Assembly: GCA_964602605.1 (NCBI GenBank)
Contig: CAZRRT010000001.1
Location: 16,796-80,795, forward strand
DNA: 64,000 nt
DNA from: an uncultured Ruminiclostridium sp.
GTDB lineage: Bacteria > Bacillota > Clostridia > Oscillospirales > Ruminococcaceae
Reading direction: 5' to 3'
In this document: positions 1 through 9,655 of the stretch, piece by piece
Numbering within the stretch: position 1 is the first letter of the stretch
Layout of the letters: each line of letters starts with the position of its first letter
The notes under the pieces: generated by a model
Databases searched by the model: none
Told to the model about the DNA's origin: nothing
Seen by the model: the letters and a program-made list of their open reading frames with translations, nothing else
Made by a program: the position numbers and the translations under genes

Positions 1-1118
<1,118 letters not shown>

Positions 1119-1359
1119 CTCTTAACCAATCTGCGTATTGTCATAACAGCTAAAATAATCGGATAAAAAACCGCTGAATAAAATCAGAACGGTAAAGGGC
1201 AAATCCGTTTTCGTTTATTGTTTGCAGATCCCCACAGCGAACTTATGTATGAGGCAATTATTATAATTTTTATGGCAAAGGTAAAATTATTTTTGACATT
1301 GACCATAAAATAACAGATTAAGGAGGATTGGGACAACCTGTTCCTGCATAATAAAAATT

Positions 1360-1950
1360 ATGGGAATAATCGAGCTGTTTTTAATAGGCGTGGGACTTTC
1401 TATGGACGCTTTTGCGGTGTCAATCGGCAACGGGCTTTCCATGAAGAAAAGCGACAGTAAAAACGCCCTTGCCATAGCCTTTTCCTTTGGACTTTTTCAA
1501 GCGCTTATGCCGCTTTTGGGATATTTTTTGGGCAGTGCCTTTGAACAGGTGATAAAGGATTTTGATCATTACATAGCCTTAATATTTTTAGGCTTTATCG
1601 GCGGAAAGATGATTTTTGACGGTATAAAGGAAATAAGAGAGAAAAAAAGCGGTGAAGCGGAGGAGAAAAACGCTTTTAAATTAAGCTTTGGAACATTGAT
1701 GATACAAGCCGTTGCCACCAGCATTGACGCTCTTATTGTGGGAGTAAGCTTTGCGGCGCTGCCAAATGTCAATATATGGGCGGCAATAACTTTAATAGGA
1801 ATAACAACCTTTGCCATAAGCCTAATAGGCGTGTTTTTCGGGAAGAAATTCGGTCAGCTTTTAGGCAGCAAGGCGGAGATTTTAGGCGGAATAATACTTG
1901 TGGGAATCGGTTTGAAGGTGTTTGTTGAACACAGCTTTTTCGGGGGATAA
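1360..1950 (+). CDS. mntP: MntP-family (DUF204) manganese efflux membrane protein
   Basis: 196-aa polytopic ORF with the two half-repeat motifs GLSMDAFAVS and TSIDALIVG typical of MntP. Confidence 0.8.
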   Translation: MGIIELFLIGVGLSMDAFAVSIGNGLSMKKSDSKNALAIAFSFGLFQALMPLLGYFLGSAFEQVIKDFDHYIALIFLGFIGGKMIFDGIKEIREKKSGEAEEKNAFKLSFGTLMIQAVATSIDALIVGVSFAALPNVNIWAAITLIGITTFAISLIGVFFGKKFGQLLGSKAEILGGIILVGIGLKVFVEHSFFGG

Positions 1951-1991
1951 TTATTTGTGATTATCTTGATGGGTTACTATGCAAATTGCTG

Positions 1992-2019
1992 TTGACAATT
2001 CAAAAAACTATGCTATAAT
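1992..2019 (+). promoter_or_regulatory. sigma-70 type promoter with no downstream ORF
   Basis: TTGACA at 1992-1997, 16-nt spacer, extended -10 TGcTATAAT at 2011-2019. Confidence 0.6.
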
Positions 2020-2025
2020 AAAAAC

Positions 2026-2112
2026 AAAAGAGGGCGACAGGTGTTGTCACTCACGTTTTGTGGTTAAATAGCCGCCTTACGCTCGTAACGTATGAAGGTG
2101 GTTATTTTTTAT
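2026..2112 (+). ncRNA. candidate small RNA (~85 nt), family not recognised
   Basis: Starts just after the promoter at 1992-2019. Hairpin GACA/TGTC at 2036-2048. Terminator stem CCGCCTT (2072-2078) / AAGGTGG (2095-2101) is followed by TTATTTTTT. No plausible ORF, and the next genes are on the other strand. Confidence 0.35.
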
Positions 2113-2137
2113 TGCTCTATTACTTCTTACGGTTTGT

Positions 2138-2180
2138 GTAATACTAATTCCTGATTGAAAATAGGCAAAGATTTGCGAGG
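2138..2180 (+). repeat. family-C repeat arm (TAATACTAATTCCTGATTGAAAATAGGCAAAGATTTG-like)
   Basis: About 80% similar by eye to 2438-2478 (+), 2558-2599 (reverse complement) and 35677-35720 (+). Confidence 0.7.
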
Positions 2181-2242
2181 ATAAATTGGAAAACGCTTTG
2201 TTTTTAGAGGGCGTCGGAGATTAGTTTATTGAAATTCCGCTT

Positions 2243-2271
2243 AAAAAATCCGCCGCTCAAGCGAGCAGCGG
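2243..2271 (-). terminator. probable intrinsic terminator for the C11 peptidase transcript
   Basis: Stem CCGCCGCTC/GAGCAGCGG (8 of 9 bp, loop AAGC). On the minus strand it is followed by ATTTTTT. Confidence 0.4.
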
Positions 2272-2437
2272 AAAAGCTATGTAGAATAGAACCACATTGT
2301 AAGATTTTAATTATTATTTGTTTATTTTAAAATTTTTTAACTCTTTTTTATACTCCTTTATTCTTATCCTGTATTCTGCTTAGAATCAGGATCTTTTTTG
2401 TATTCGGTCTTTGCAGATAAAAATTCAACATAGTAAC

Positions 2438-2599
2438 TAATACTAATACCTGACTGAAAATAGACAATCTTTGGGGTCTGATTTCCGCAATACTGCGTTG
2501 TCGTCCTTGCAAGGCGTCAGCCTTGGGGCGCCCTCCGCCTTGTCTTGCAAAAATCATCCTCCCAAATCTTTGTCCATTTTCAATCAGAAATTAGCATTA
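2438..2599. mobile_element. MITE-like 162-bp element with ~42-bp terminal inverted repeats (family C)
   Basis: Left arm 2438-2478 TAATACTAATACCTGACTGAAAATAGACAATCTTTGGGG. The reverse complement of the right arm 2558-2599 reads TAATGCTAATTTCTGATTGAAAATGGACAAAGATTTGGGAGG. No ORF inside. Confidence 0.55.
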
Positions 2600-2644
2600 A
2601 ATGCTCCTTTAAGCAAACAGCTTATCGGATTTATCTATATTATA

Positions 2645-4954
2645 TCAATCGGTATAATAAAACAGCTCTCCGTTCTCAAATCCAAAAAGAACAAAATCAG
2701 TGTAAATGGTGTTGCCGTAATAATCGTTAATCTCAAAGGAATAGTAATAATCACCGTCGTAAAGATAGTCCATAATAACGGAATCGTCGCCGCTATAGTA
2801 ATAAGCGTCGCCGTAAAAATCGTCCGCATATTCATAAGTGGAGGCGTTATAGGCAGAGTAGCAGGGTTCTATTTTATCTCCCTTTTCAAGCCGATACACA
2901 TCTCTTGCCGCACTTCCGTCTTGGTTTATTCCCGCCCATACGCCCAAAATCTCGGTGCTTACCGTATCGTAGTATTGGGTCAGGGAGTTATATTTGTACA
3001 GCTGCTTTACCTTTAGGTTGGTGTATTCGTCATTAAGATAAATAGGGCAGGTGTAAATATTTGCATAGTGTGTATCGTCAATATCCTCCTGCTCCACAAG
3101 GTAAGCGCAAAGGGGCTGTCCGTCGGGAAGGGCGAACCACGTGCCGTCAAAATTGTCATAGCATTCTCCCGTGTCCCAATCAAAGGTGACGTAATCGTCA
3201 GTACCCAAATCAAGCATATATTCCGTTCCGTCGTCGTCATAATAGCTCATCATAACATCGCAGTATATGCTGTCCAAAGCATCAAGGCTGTCCTTGGTAA
3301 GGGTAAAGGTATAATATCCTTCATTGTCAATATGTGGAGCAGCAGCATAACTTAAAGCGGTATCGTTGGTGCTGAAGTCAAGGCTGCTGCTGTCGTCGCC
3401 GTTCCAATAATTATAGTCCTGTGAAATGCTGCTGTCGTCCCAAAAGTACGAATCCAGCCAATCGGAAATGTATCCCAAAAGGCTGCCGTTGCTGTTGCTG
3501 CTGTAGGCGCAGGCGTCAACTGTGTTAAGATAAAAGGGAGAGATGCAAATGTCCTTGAAGATTTCTATTTCCTTACTGCCTTGTATGCAAAGAGGATAGT
3601 AAATACTGAGTCCGCATGCGTCGGAATAATTTGCGCCGTTCTTTTTGTAATATACGCAGTCGTTTACAGCGTCCAACACCTTTTGAGCTTTGTCGCTGCT
3701 GATAACAAAATTCCTTGTCAGCTGTCCCATATCGACCATATTCGTGTAGCCGTTTATGCGGTTGTTGCCGCCGAAATTCAAGGCGTTTTTCGCAGCTTTA
3801 ATAAATTCGGTAGCGCCTTTATCACCGCAATATTGATACAGCTCCATTGCATAATCGTTAAAAGCTTCAAGCAGATTGTTTGTTTTGGATAGATCTATTA
3901 CGGAAAGGGTCGCATCCTCCTGCTCACCCGTATTTTTGCAAGAATCGTATAAACCGTCACAAAGATACTTTCCCAACTCGCCGCCGTTGTCAGCACCGTT
4001 GTTTAATCCCTTGGAAAAAGCTTCGTAATCCCAGCCGTAGCCCGATTCCAAATTCTGTGAAAATACCGCATATTCGGCATAAGGCGCAAAAATGTTAGCT
4101 GTTTCCACAGTAGCCATAAGGCAAGCGTCGCAGCCTATAATATCAAACCTTTTGGTCATTTTCTCAAAAACCGCCGCCAACGCCATATCTATTTCCTTTA
4201 AGGAAAGAGAGTCCCCGTTATGCAGCTCGTCAAAGCAAACGCCTGTTATACTGCCGCCGCCGTGATTCCAAAAATCCAAGCACATATGCTCTGAGGAATA
4301 ATTATCCAAAGCCCAGCTTAAGAAGTCCTGCAAGGTGGACTGCATTCCCATATTGGCGGAAGTGCCGCTGTACAATTCCTCTATATTTCCGCCGCTTATT
4401 ATAAATCTCTGCTTTTTGTTTCCCGTACAAACGTTGTTATTCCATTCCGACGTGCCGCCTGTTTCGACGATAAATCTTAAATTTGGGCTGGCGTCGGTGG
4501 CGTTTATCATCTCCTGCAAATCAAGAGTTGCCGCTCCCTGAACTCCGCCGCCCGATGAATTTCTTTTGCTTTCCAAATCCGTGCCGCACAAATATACCAG
4601 CACCGTCCATACGTCCTTATCGCCCGAGGGAGCTTCGCTGTCGATTTTTAGCCGCTGAATGTTAAGGGAATTGTCGCTGTTTAAAGATAACAAAGTACCT
4701 CTCGCTCCCTCTAATAAAGCTGTTGATTGGTTTGTGCCGGAGGGCTTTTGCGGATCGGTTTCGGGAGCTTTATTTGTATTTTCGGGATAATTGGGATATG
4801 TATTAAGAGGGCTGCTGGTTTTTTCGGGCTTGTTATTATCCTTCCCCAACAAATTAGACAAATCACCCGTATCAAGAGAACAGCCGCAAAGCAGCACTGA
4901 AGCGGCAATTATTAAAGCCCACGATTTTTTTATTTTTCTAAATAATGTTTTCAT
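2645..4954 (-). CDS. secreted lipoprotein, clostripain-like cysteine peptidase (family C11) with Asp/Tyr-rich C-terminal region
   Basis: Signal peptide plus lipobox (VLLCGC). Catalytic-dyad-like motifs FWNHGGG and GCDACLMA. C-terminal ~150 aa are rich in D/Y/G. Confidence 0.7.
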   Translation of the reverse strand: MKTLFRKIKKSWALIIAASVLLCGCSLDTGDLSNLLGKDNNKPEKTSSPLNTYPNYPENTNKAPETDPQKPSGTNQSTALLEGARGTLLSLNSDNSLNIQRLKIDSEAPSGDKDVWTVLVYLCGTDLESKRNSSGGGVQGAATLDLQEMINATDASPNLRFIVETGGTSEWNNNVCTGNKKQRFIISGGNIEELYSGTSANMGMQSTLQDFLSWALDNYSSEHMCLDFWNHGGGSITGVCFDELHNGDSLSLKEIDMALAAVFEKMTKRFDIIGCDACLMATVETANIFAPYAEYAVFSQNLESGYGWDYEAFSKGLNNGADNGGELGKYLCDGLYDSCKNTGEQEDATLSVIDLSKTNNLLEAFNDYAMELYQYCGDKGATEFIKAAKNALNFGGNNRINGYTNMVDMGQLTRNFVISSDKAQKVLDAVNDCVYYKKNGANYSDACGLSIYYPLCIQGSKEIEIFKDICISPFYLNTVDACAYSSNSNGSLLGYISDWLDSYFWDDSSISQDYNYWNGDDSSSLDFSTNDTALSYAAAPHIDNEGYYTFTLTKDSLDALDSIYCDVMMSYYDDDGTEYMLDLGTDDYVTFDWDTGECYDNFDGTWFALPDGQPLCAYLVEQEDIDDTHYANIYTCPIYLNDEYTNLKVKQLYKYNSLTQYYDTVSTEILGVWAGINQDGSAARDVYRLEKGDKIEPCYSAYNASTYEYADDFYGDAYYYSGDDSVIMDYLYDGDYYYSFEINDYYGNTIYTDFVLFGFENGELFYYTD

Positions 4955-5110
4955 ATTACTCCTTAAATCAAAATACCAATCATTGTTTGAAAGCAGACAA
5001 AAATTTCATAAGTCGTTTTTGCAAAATAAAGACAGCTGTGCAGTAATTGCGAAAGTAAGCTCCAATTATTGTCTGTTTTCGGTTGAGTATAAAATTACTA
5101 TTTAAATAAC

Positions 5111-5146
5111 AGCACCGCACAAAGACTGATACCTTGTGCGGTGCTG
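5111..5146 (-). terminator. intrinsic terminator downstream of ferredoxin (bidirectional-looking)
   Basis: 11-bp stem GCACCGCACAA / TTGTGCGGTGC (5112-5122 / 5134-5144) with T-rich tracts on both sides. Confidence 0.6.
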
Positions 5147-5172
5147 CGGTTATTTTTCAATAAGTATACCGA

Positions 5173-5343
5173 TTACTCTGCCTTAGGAGCGGATACGGGG
5201 CAGGTATCTGCACAAGCGCCGCAGTCAACGCAAGCGTCGGGATCGATAACATATTTTCCGTCGCCCTCGGAAATTGCGTTTACGGGGCAGCCGTCTGCAC
5301 AAGCGCCGCAAGCGATACATTCATCACTGATTTTGTAAGCCAT
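5173..5343 (-). CDS. fdx: clostridial-type 2x[4Fe-4S] ferredoxin (56 aa); below the ORF-track size cutoff
   Basis: Hand translation of the minus strand gives MAYKISDECIACGACADGCPVNAISEGDGKYVIDPDACVDCGACADTCPVSAPKAE, with two CxxCxxCxxxCP motifs. GGAGG sits 8 nt upstream of the ATG. The track's + ORF 5141..5338 is its shadow. Confidence 0.9.
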   Translation of the reverse strand: MAYKISDECIACGACADGCPVNAISEGDGKYVIDPDACVDCGACADTCPVSAPKAE

Positions 5344-5433
5344 TGTAAAGTCCTCCTGATATTTTTTGATTATTTTGGGGTTATTTTAAAGTTAAACCCG
5401 AAAACTTTTTATTCATAAGTTTAACTCATAAAT

Positions 5434-5462
5434 ATTTTAACATTATGCTTATAAAAAGTCAA
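5434..5462 (-). promoter_or_regulatory. promoter for ferredoxin
   Basis: On the minus strand: TTGACT (5462-5457), 17-nt spacer, TGtTAAAAT (-10 at 5439-5434). Confidence 0.5.
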
Positions 5463-5825
5463 GTATGATTTTAATTTTTTAAATTAGTGTAGTTAATAAT
5501 GTCTAACTACAAAAAGTTCTTTATTCATACACAATTTTCTTGACTTAGTTATACTATACTATTTTTAACTCCGAAAATATTTTAGGCTAAAACTCTGAAA
5601 TCAGTGAAAAATGTGATATTTGATAATAATTAAGCAGTCGCCATATTTTTCATATTATCTGATTTCTCAATATGAAAAAACATAATACGAAAGCTTTCCA
5701 CAAAAAAATTGGTATTGAAATAAAACTGCTTACATTATACGTTTCTAAGTAGTTTTTAATATTGTTGAAAAAGATTTAAGCATAAGAGCGTTGATAAAAA
5801 TTAAGCACAGTCTGTTTTCCGTTTA

Positions 5826-6686
5826 TTATTGACATTTTCTTACAGACTTGGCAATCAGCTTGGTGTACACAAATGCAAGCAAAAAAATTCCGCCTGCCCA
5901 GCACGCCATACAGCCTGCTATGGATACTTCAAACAATACTGCGGTGTGATAACCGCAAATGCCGCTGATACAGCCAATTCCCGCCGCTGTTATCAGCATT
6001 TTTTTAAGGTTCTTTGTAAGCAAAAAGGCTGCTGCGGCAGGAGCAATCATAAAGGCAGTAACAAGCACCGAGCCTACTGCCTCAAAAGCTCCCACGGCGG
6101 TAAGAGAAGCTGCGGTCATAAGAGAATAGTGCATTATTGCGGGAGAAAATCCCATAGCCGCCGCCAACACAGGATCAAAGGAGGAGATAAGCAGCTCTTT
6201 ATAAAAAATCGTTACAAAAGCAACGTTTATAAGCAGTAAAGCTCCCCCAACATACAGTCCCTTCGCTCCAATATCCACACCGTTTATCACAAGTCTGTCA
6301 AAAGGCGCAAAGGCAAGCTCTCCCAATAAAACCGAATCGGTGTCAAGGTGAGCCGTTCCCGCATACCTTGTAATCAATATTACCGCTATGGAGAAAAGTA
6401 AAGGAAAAACCGTTCCCGTTGCGCTGTCCTCTCCCAACAGCTTTGTTTTTGTAAGCAATTCGGTAAGCCACACCGTTACAGGTCCCATTAAAGCTGCTCC
6501 CACAAGCAAAAAAGGAGAGGACAGGTCGTTAGTTACAAAAAAAGCCAACACTATTCCAAGCAAAATGGTATGAGTTATGCTGTCGCTGGTCATACTCATT
6601 TTTCTAAGCACCAAAAATACTCCCGTAATTGCACAGGAAGCCGCCGTAAATACCGCTATAAGCTGAATTTCCACTGATGCTGACAT
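5826..6686 (-). CDS. metal (Mn/Zn/Fe) ABC transporter permease, ABC-3 family
   Basis: 286-aa polytopic protein, paralogous to 6865..7767. Last gene of the SBP-ATPase-permease-permease operon. Confidence 0.8.
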   Translation of the reverse strand: MSASVEIQLIAVFTAASCAITGVFLVLRKMSMTSDSITHTILLGIVLAFFVTNDLSSPFLLVGAALMGPVTVWLTELLTKTKLLGEDSATGTVFPLLFSIAVILITRYAGTAHLDTDSVLLGELAFAPFDRLVINGVDIGAKGLYVGGALLLINVAFVTIFYKELLISSFDPVLAAAMGFSPAIMHYSLMTAASLTAVGAFEAVGSVLVTAFMIAPAAAAFLLTKNLKKMLITAAGIGCISGICGYHTAVLFEVSIAGCMACWAGGIFLLAFVYTKLIAKSVRKCQ

Positions 6687-6728
6687 TATATTAACACTCC
6701 TTTTTACCTATTATCTTTATTCTGCTTT

Positions 6729-6925
6729 TTCATTTTATCAGCTCGCTGACGATTTCTCTTTCATACCTGATATTTATTAAAACTTCATTTTCCTGTTAGC
6801 TTTTTTATGTTAGTTATTCATTTTATCAGCTTGCCGACGTTTTCTCTTTCGTAGCTGATATTTACTAAAAACTTCTTTTTCCTGTTAGCTTTTCTCTGCT
6901 AATTTTTCTTTTTATCAGCTTGCTT
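6729..6925. repeat. tandem duplication, ~88-bp unit x about 2.2, spanning the 3' end of the upstream permease gene
   Basis: Units start at 6729, 6817 and 6907 (partial), each beginning TTC(A/T)TTTTATCAGCT(C/T)GC. Unit 2 carries the real stop (6865-6867). Unit 1 is a decayed copy in the intergenic spacer. Confidence 0.8.
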
Positions 6926-7767
6926 ATTATTCCTCTTTTTGGAGCGAAAAGCAAGCTGAAAATTTCAATAAAGCTTGCAGAAACAACTATGGCAGGACCT
7001 GTGGGAATACCTTGCTGCCCGCCGCTGATATACGCCCCCATAAGTCCCGATAAGCTTCCGAATACCGCCGCTGTTATCACGTTTACATAAAGACGGTCGC
7101 TCCACTGTCTTGCTGCTGCTGCGGGAATAACCAGCATTGCGCTCATCAGCACAACTCCGACGGTTTGTATTCCCAAAATAACCGTTATAACAGTCATTAA
7201 GGATAACAAAAGACTTATTTTTTTACCCGAAAATCCCGATTGAGAGAAAAAATCTCCGTCAAAGGAAAAAAGCTTCAACTCCTTCCAAAACAATATGACA
7301 ATAATCAGCAAAATCAAAGATAATAATGATATTATAGCTACGTCCTCCGTCAGCATTGCGCTTGCCTGACCGTAAATAAAGGTAGATAGTCCCGACTGCG
7401 CTGCATTTGGAAGTTTTTGGGCGCAGGTTAACAGCACTGTTCCCAAACCGAAAAATCCCGACATAACCGCCGCTAAGGCTGCGTCAAACTTAATCTTGGA
7501 GTGGGAAGAAATAAAGGAAATAAGCAGGGAAGCCCCAAGTCCCGACAAAAGTGCACCCAACAGCAATATTCCGCTGTTTTTTTCTCCCGTCAGCAAAAAT
7601 GCGGCAGCAACCCCGGGAAGTGCGGAATGACTTACCCCGTCGCCTAACAAGCTTTGCTTTCTTAATACAGCAAATGTTCCTATTACTCCGCTTATCATAC
7701 CCAATATGCCAGAGCCTGCCGCCACTGTTAAAAATGTGTGGTCGGTTAATATTTGAACTGTGTTCAA
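6865..7767 (-). CDS. metal ABC transporter permease, ABC-3 family
   Basis: 300-aa polytopic protein of the same family as 5826..6686. Confidence 0.8.
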   Translation of the reverse strand: MNTVQILTDHTFLTVAAGSGILGMISGVIGTFAVLRKQSLLGDGVSHSALPGVAAAFLLTGEKNSGILLLGALLSGLGASLLISFISSHSKIKFDAALAAVMSGFFGLGTVLLTCAQKLPNAAQSGLSTFIYGQASAMLTEDVAIISLLSLILLIIVILFWKELKLFSFDGDFFSQSGFSGKKISLLLSLMTVITVILGIQTVGVVLMSAMLVIPAAAARQWSDRLYVNVITAAVFGSLSGLMGAYISGGQQGIPTGPAIVVSASFIEIFSLLFAPKRGIISKLIKRKISREKLTGKRSF

Positions 7768-7848
7768 TAGCTGCTGCCTCCTTTTTATATTCTTTTATTT
7801 GCAGTATACGGTTTTGTATTTTTAATTAAATAGAGGACGTGTTAAAGC

Positions 7849-7908
7849 CGGTTATACTTTCGGCTATGCTTTAGGTTATACTTTAGGTTATACTTTAGGT
7901 TATACTGT
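7849..7908. repeat. 12-bp tandem repeat x5 (AGGTTATACTTT-like) overlapping the ATPase stop codon
   Basis: Units at 7849, 7861, 7873, 7885 and 7897. The last three are near-identical. The stop codon of 7900..8640 lies in the last unit. Confidence 0.85.
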
Positions 7909-8640
7909 GGCTGAACAATGTTCAAAACCTGCTCTGCGGTATGTAAGGTTTAAGTTTTGATCTGTAAAAACCTTTTTTACTTCACCGTTTGCCACTACCC
8001 TTGAATTTATAAGCGTTACCCAATCAAAATAATCCTTCACCGTGGATAAATCGTGATGTACCGCAACCACCGTTTTTCCTCCCGATCTCAGCTCCTTTAA
8101 AAGCTCTATTATGGACTTTTCCGTGTCTGCGTCCACACCTTTAAAGGGTTCGTCCATAAGGTACAAATCCGCCCTTTGCGCCAATGCTCTTGCAATAAAG
8201 GTTCTTTGCTGCTGACCGCCCGAAAGCTGGCTTATCTGCCTGTTTGCAAATTTTTCCATACCTGTTTTTTTCAGCATTTCCATTGCAAAGTCTTTGTCGG
8301 ATTTCTTTGGACGTTTTATATAGCCCAATCTGCCGTAACAGCCCATTAGCACCACGTCAAGCACCGATACGGGAAAATCCCAATCAATGTTTTCACACTG
8401 TGGAACATATCCGATACAAGCCTTTTTTCCGTCTATGTCAGGAAAATCTATACTGCCCGTAAGCTTTGGAATAAGTCCCAACATAGCTTTTAACAGAGTT
8501 GTTTTTCCTGCGCCGTTAGGTCCCATAACCGCAGTGAGCATACCTCTTGGCAATACCAAATCCACATTTGATAAAACACGATTTGAATCGTACGCTACGG
8601 TAAGTCCTTTTACTTCTACCGCATTTTGCTTGCTGTTCAT
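7900..8640 (-). CDS. metal ABC transporter ATP-binding protein
   Basis: Walker A GPNGAGKTT, signature LSGGQQQR, Walker B LYLMDEP. Confidence 0.85.
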   Translation of the reverse strand: MNSKQNAVEVKGLTVAYDSNRVLSNVDLVLPRGMLTAVMGPNGAGKTTLLKAMLGLIPKLTGSIDFPDIDGKKACIGYVPQCENIDWDFPVSVLDVVLMGCYGRLGYIKRPKKSDKDFAMEMLKKTGMEKFANRQISQLSGGQQQRTFIARALAQRADLYLMDEPFKGVDADTEKSIIELLKELRSGGKTVVAVHHDLSTVKDYFDWVTLINSRVVANGEVKKVFTDQNLNLTYRRAGFEHCSATV

Positions 8641-8725
8641 TTATAATCAGTCCTCTTTCTAAAATGTAATTGCCGCATTTCCCCATCTATACAAGGTATT
8701 TGTTGGGAATAGGGTAAGGAATCAA

Positions 8726-9655
8726 TCATTGCTTCAGTGCGCTTGTAATAACTTCTGCGTTATGCTTGAATGCGCCTATATAGGTGTCTGTGCCATTTGC
8801 CGCATCTCCCGTGGAGTCACTGTACAAAAGACCGCCTAAGCTTGTTTCAAAGCCTTTTGCCTTTACCGCCTGCATTAAAGCCTCTATATTTTTAACGGGC
8901 AGACTGCTTTCTATGAAAACGCCCTTGATCTTGTTATCGGCTATAAATTCCGCCAAGCTGCTTACATCAGAGGTCGCCGCCTCTGCGGAGGTGTTTATTC
9001 CCTGTAGTCCCTTTACCGTGTAGCCGTATGCCTTGCCGAAATATCCAAAGGCGTCGTGGGCGGTAATTAAAACCCTTTGCCTGTCGGGAATCTCCATAGT
9101 TTTTGCTCTTATATAGCCGTCTAATTGGTCAAGCTGTTTTTCATACTCATTTAAATTTTGCTTATATATATTTTCATTTGCTTTATCCGCCTGTGAAAGT
9201 CCTTTTTCCACCTGCTGCGCCGCCATTTTCCAAAGGGAGACGTCAAACCAAAAGTGAGGGTCGGGTATGCCGTCATTGTAAATAATCAAGTCCTTGCTTA
9301 TGCCGTCGCTTGCACAAATTACAGCTTTTTTTGAGGATTGGAGTGCGGCAAATACATCTCCCATTTTTCCCTCCAAGTGCAGACCGCTGTATATAACTAC
9401 ATCTGCCTTTTGCATTTTATCTATATCTCCTGCGGTGGCTCTGTACTGATGAGGATCGACCCCGCTGCCCATAAGACCGTACGCCTCCACCAAATCCCCT
9501 CCGATTTGCTTTACCAAATCATAAAGCATTGTGGTGGTAGCAACTGCGGTAAGCTTTCGGGGCTTATTTATATCATTCTTTTGGCAGGAAGATAGGGCAA
9601 ATAATACAACAAAACACATTATAAGACAAGGCAGACGTTTTTTTAAAAGCTTCAT
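8726..9655 (-). CDS. metal ABC transporter substrate-binding lipoprotein (TroA/PsaA/ZnuA-like)
   Basis: Signal peptide with lipobox LSSC. Cluster-9 SBP-like sequence. First gene of the operon. Confidence 0.8.
   Translation of the reverse strand: MKLLKKRLPCLIMCFVVLFALSSCQKNDINKPRKLTAVATTTMLYDLVKQIGGDLVEAYGLMGSGVDPHQYRATAGDIDKMQKADVVIYSGLHLEGKMGDVFAALQSSKKAVICASDGISKDLIIYNDGIPDPHFWFDVSLWKMAAQQVEKGLSQADKANENIYKQNLNEYEKQLDQLDGYIRAKTMEIPDRQRVLITAHDAFGYFGKAYGYTVKGLQGINTSAEAATSDVSSLAEFIADNKIKGVFIESSLPVKNIEALMQAVKAKGFETSLGGLLYSDSTGDAANGTDTYIGAFKHNAEVITSALKQ

Noticed and set aside
1119-1359. Expected a yybP-ykoY Mn2+ riboswitch upstream of mntP.
   Set aside because: The conserved GGGGAGTAG and GCAAGACC-type core elements are absent on the + strand. 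Only weak hairpins, probably the tgt terminator, are visible.
2026-2112. Possible preQ1 riboswitch, because tgt is nearby.
   Set aside because: The sequence lacks the short P1 hairpin followed by the A-rich tail arrangement of preQ1-I. There is also no downstream gene on the + strand to regulate.
5141-5338. Track ORF (65 aa, + strand) rich in Ala/Gln/Ser/Pro.
   Set aside because: It is the antisense shadow of the minus-strand ferredoxin gene (5173..5343). That gene has an SD, two CxxCxxCxxxCP motifs and a promoter and terminator.
5489-5510. Palindrome GTAGTTA-N8-TAACTAC upstream of the ferredoxin promoter, considered as a Rex box.
   Set aside because: The half-sites resemble TGTTAA/TTAACA, but the spacing is 2 bp longer than the Rex consensus and one core base differs. 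It is kept only as an unexplained palindrome.
6729-7908. Tandem repeats considered as a possible CRISPR array.
   Set aside because: The units are contiguous, with no unique spacers. Only 2-5 copies are present, the unit lengths are 88 and 12 bp, and no cas genes lie nearby.
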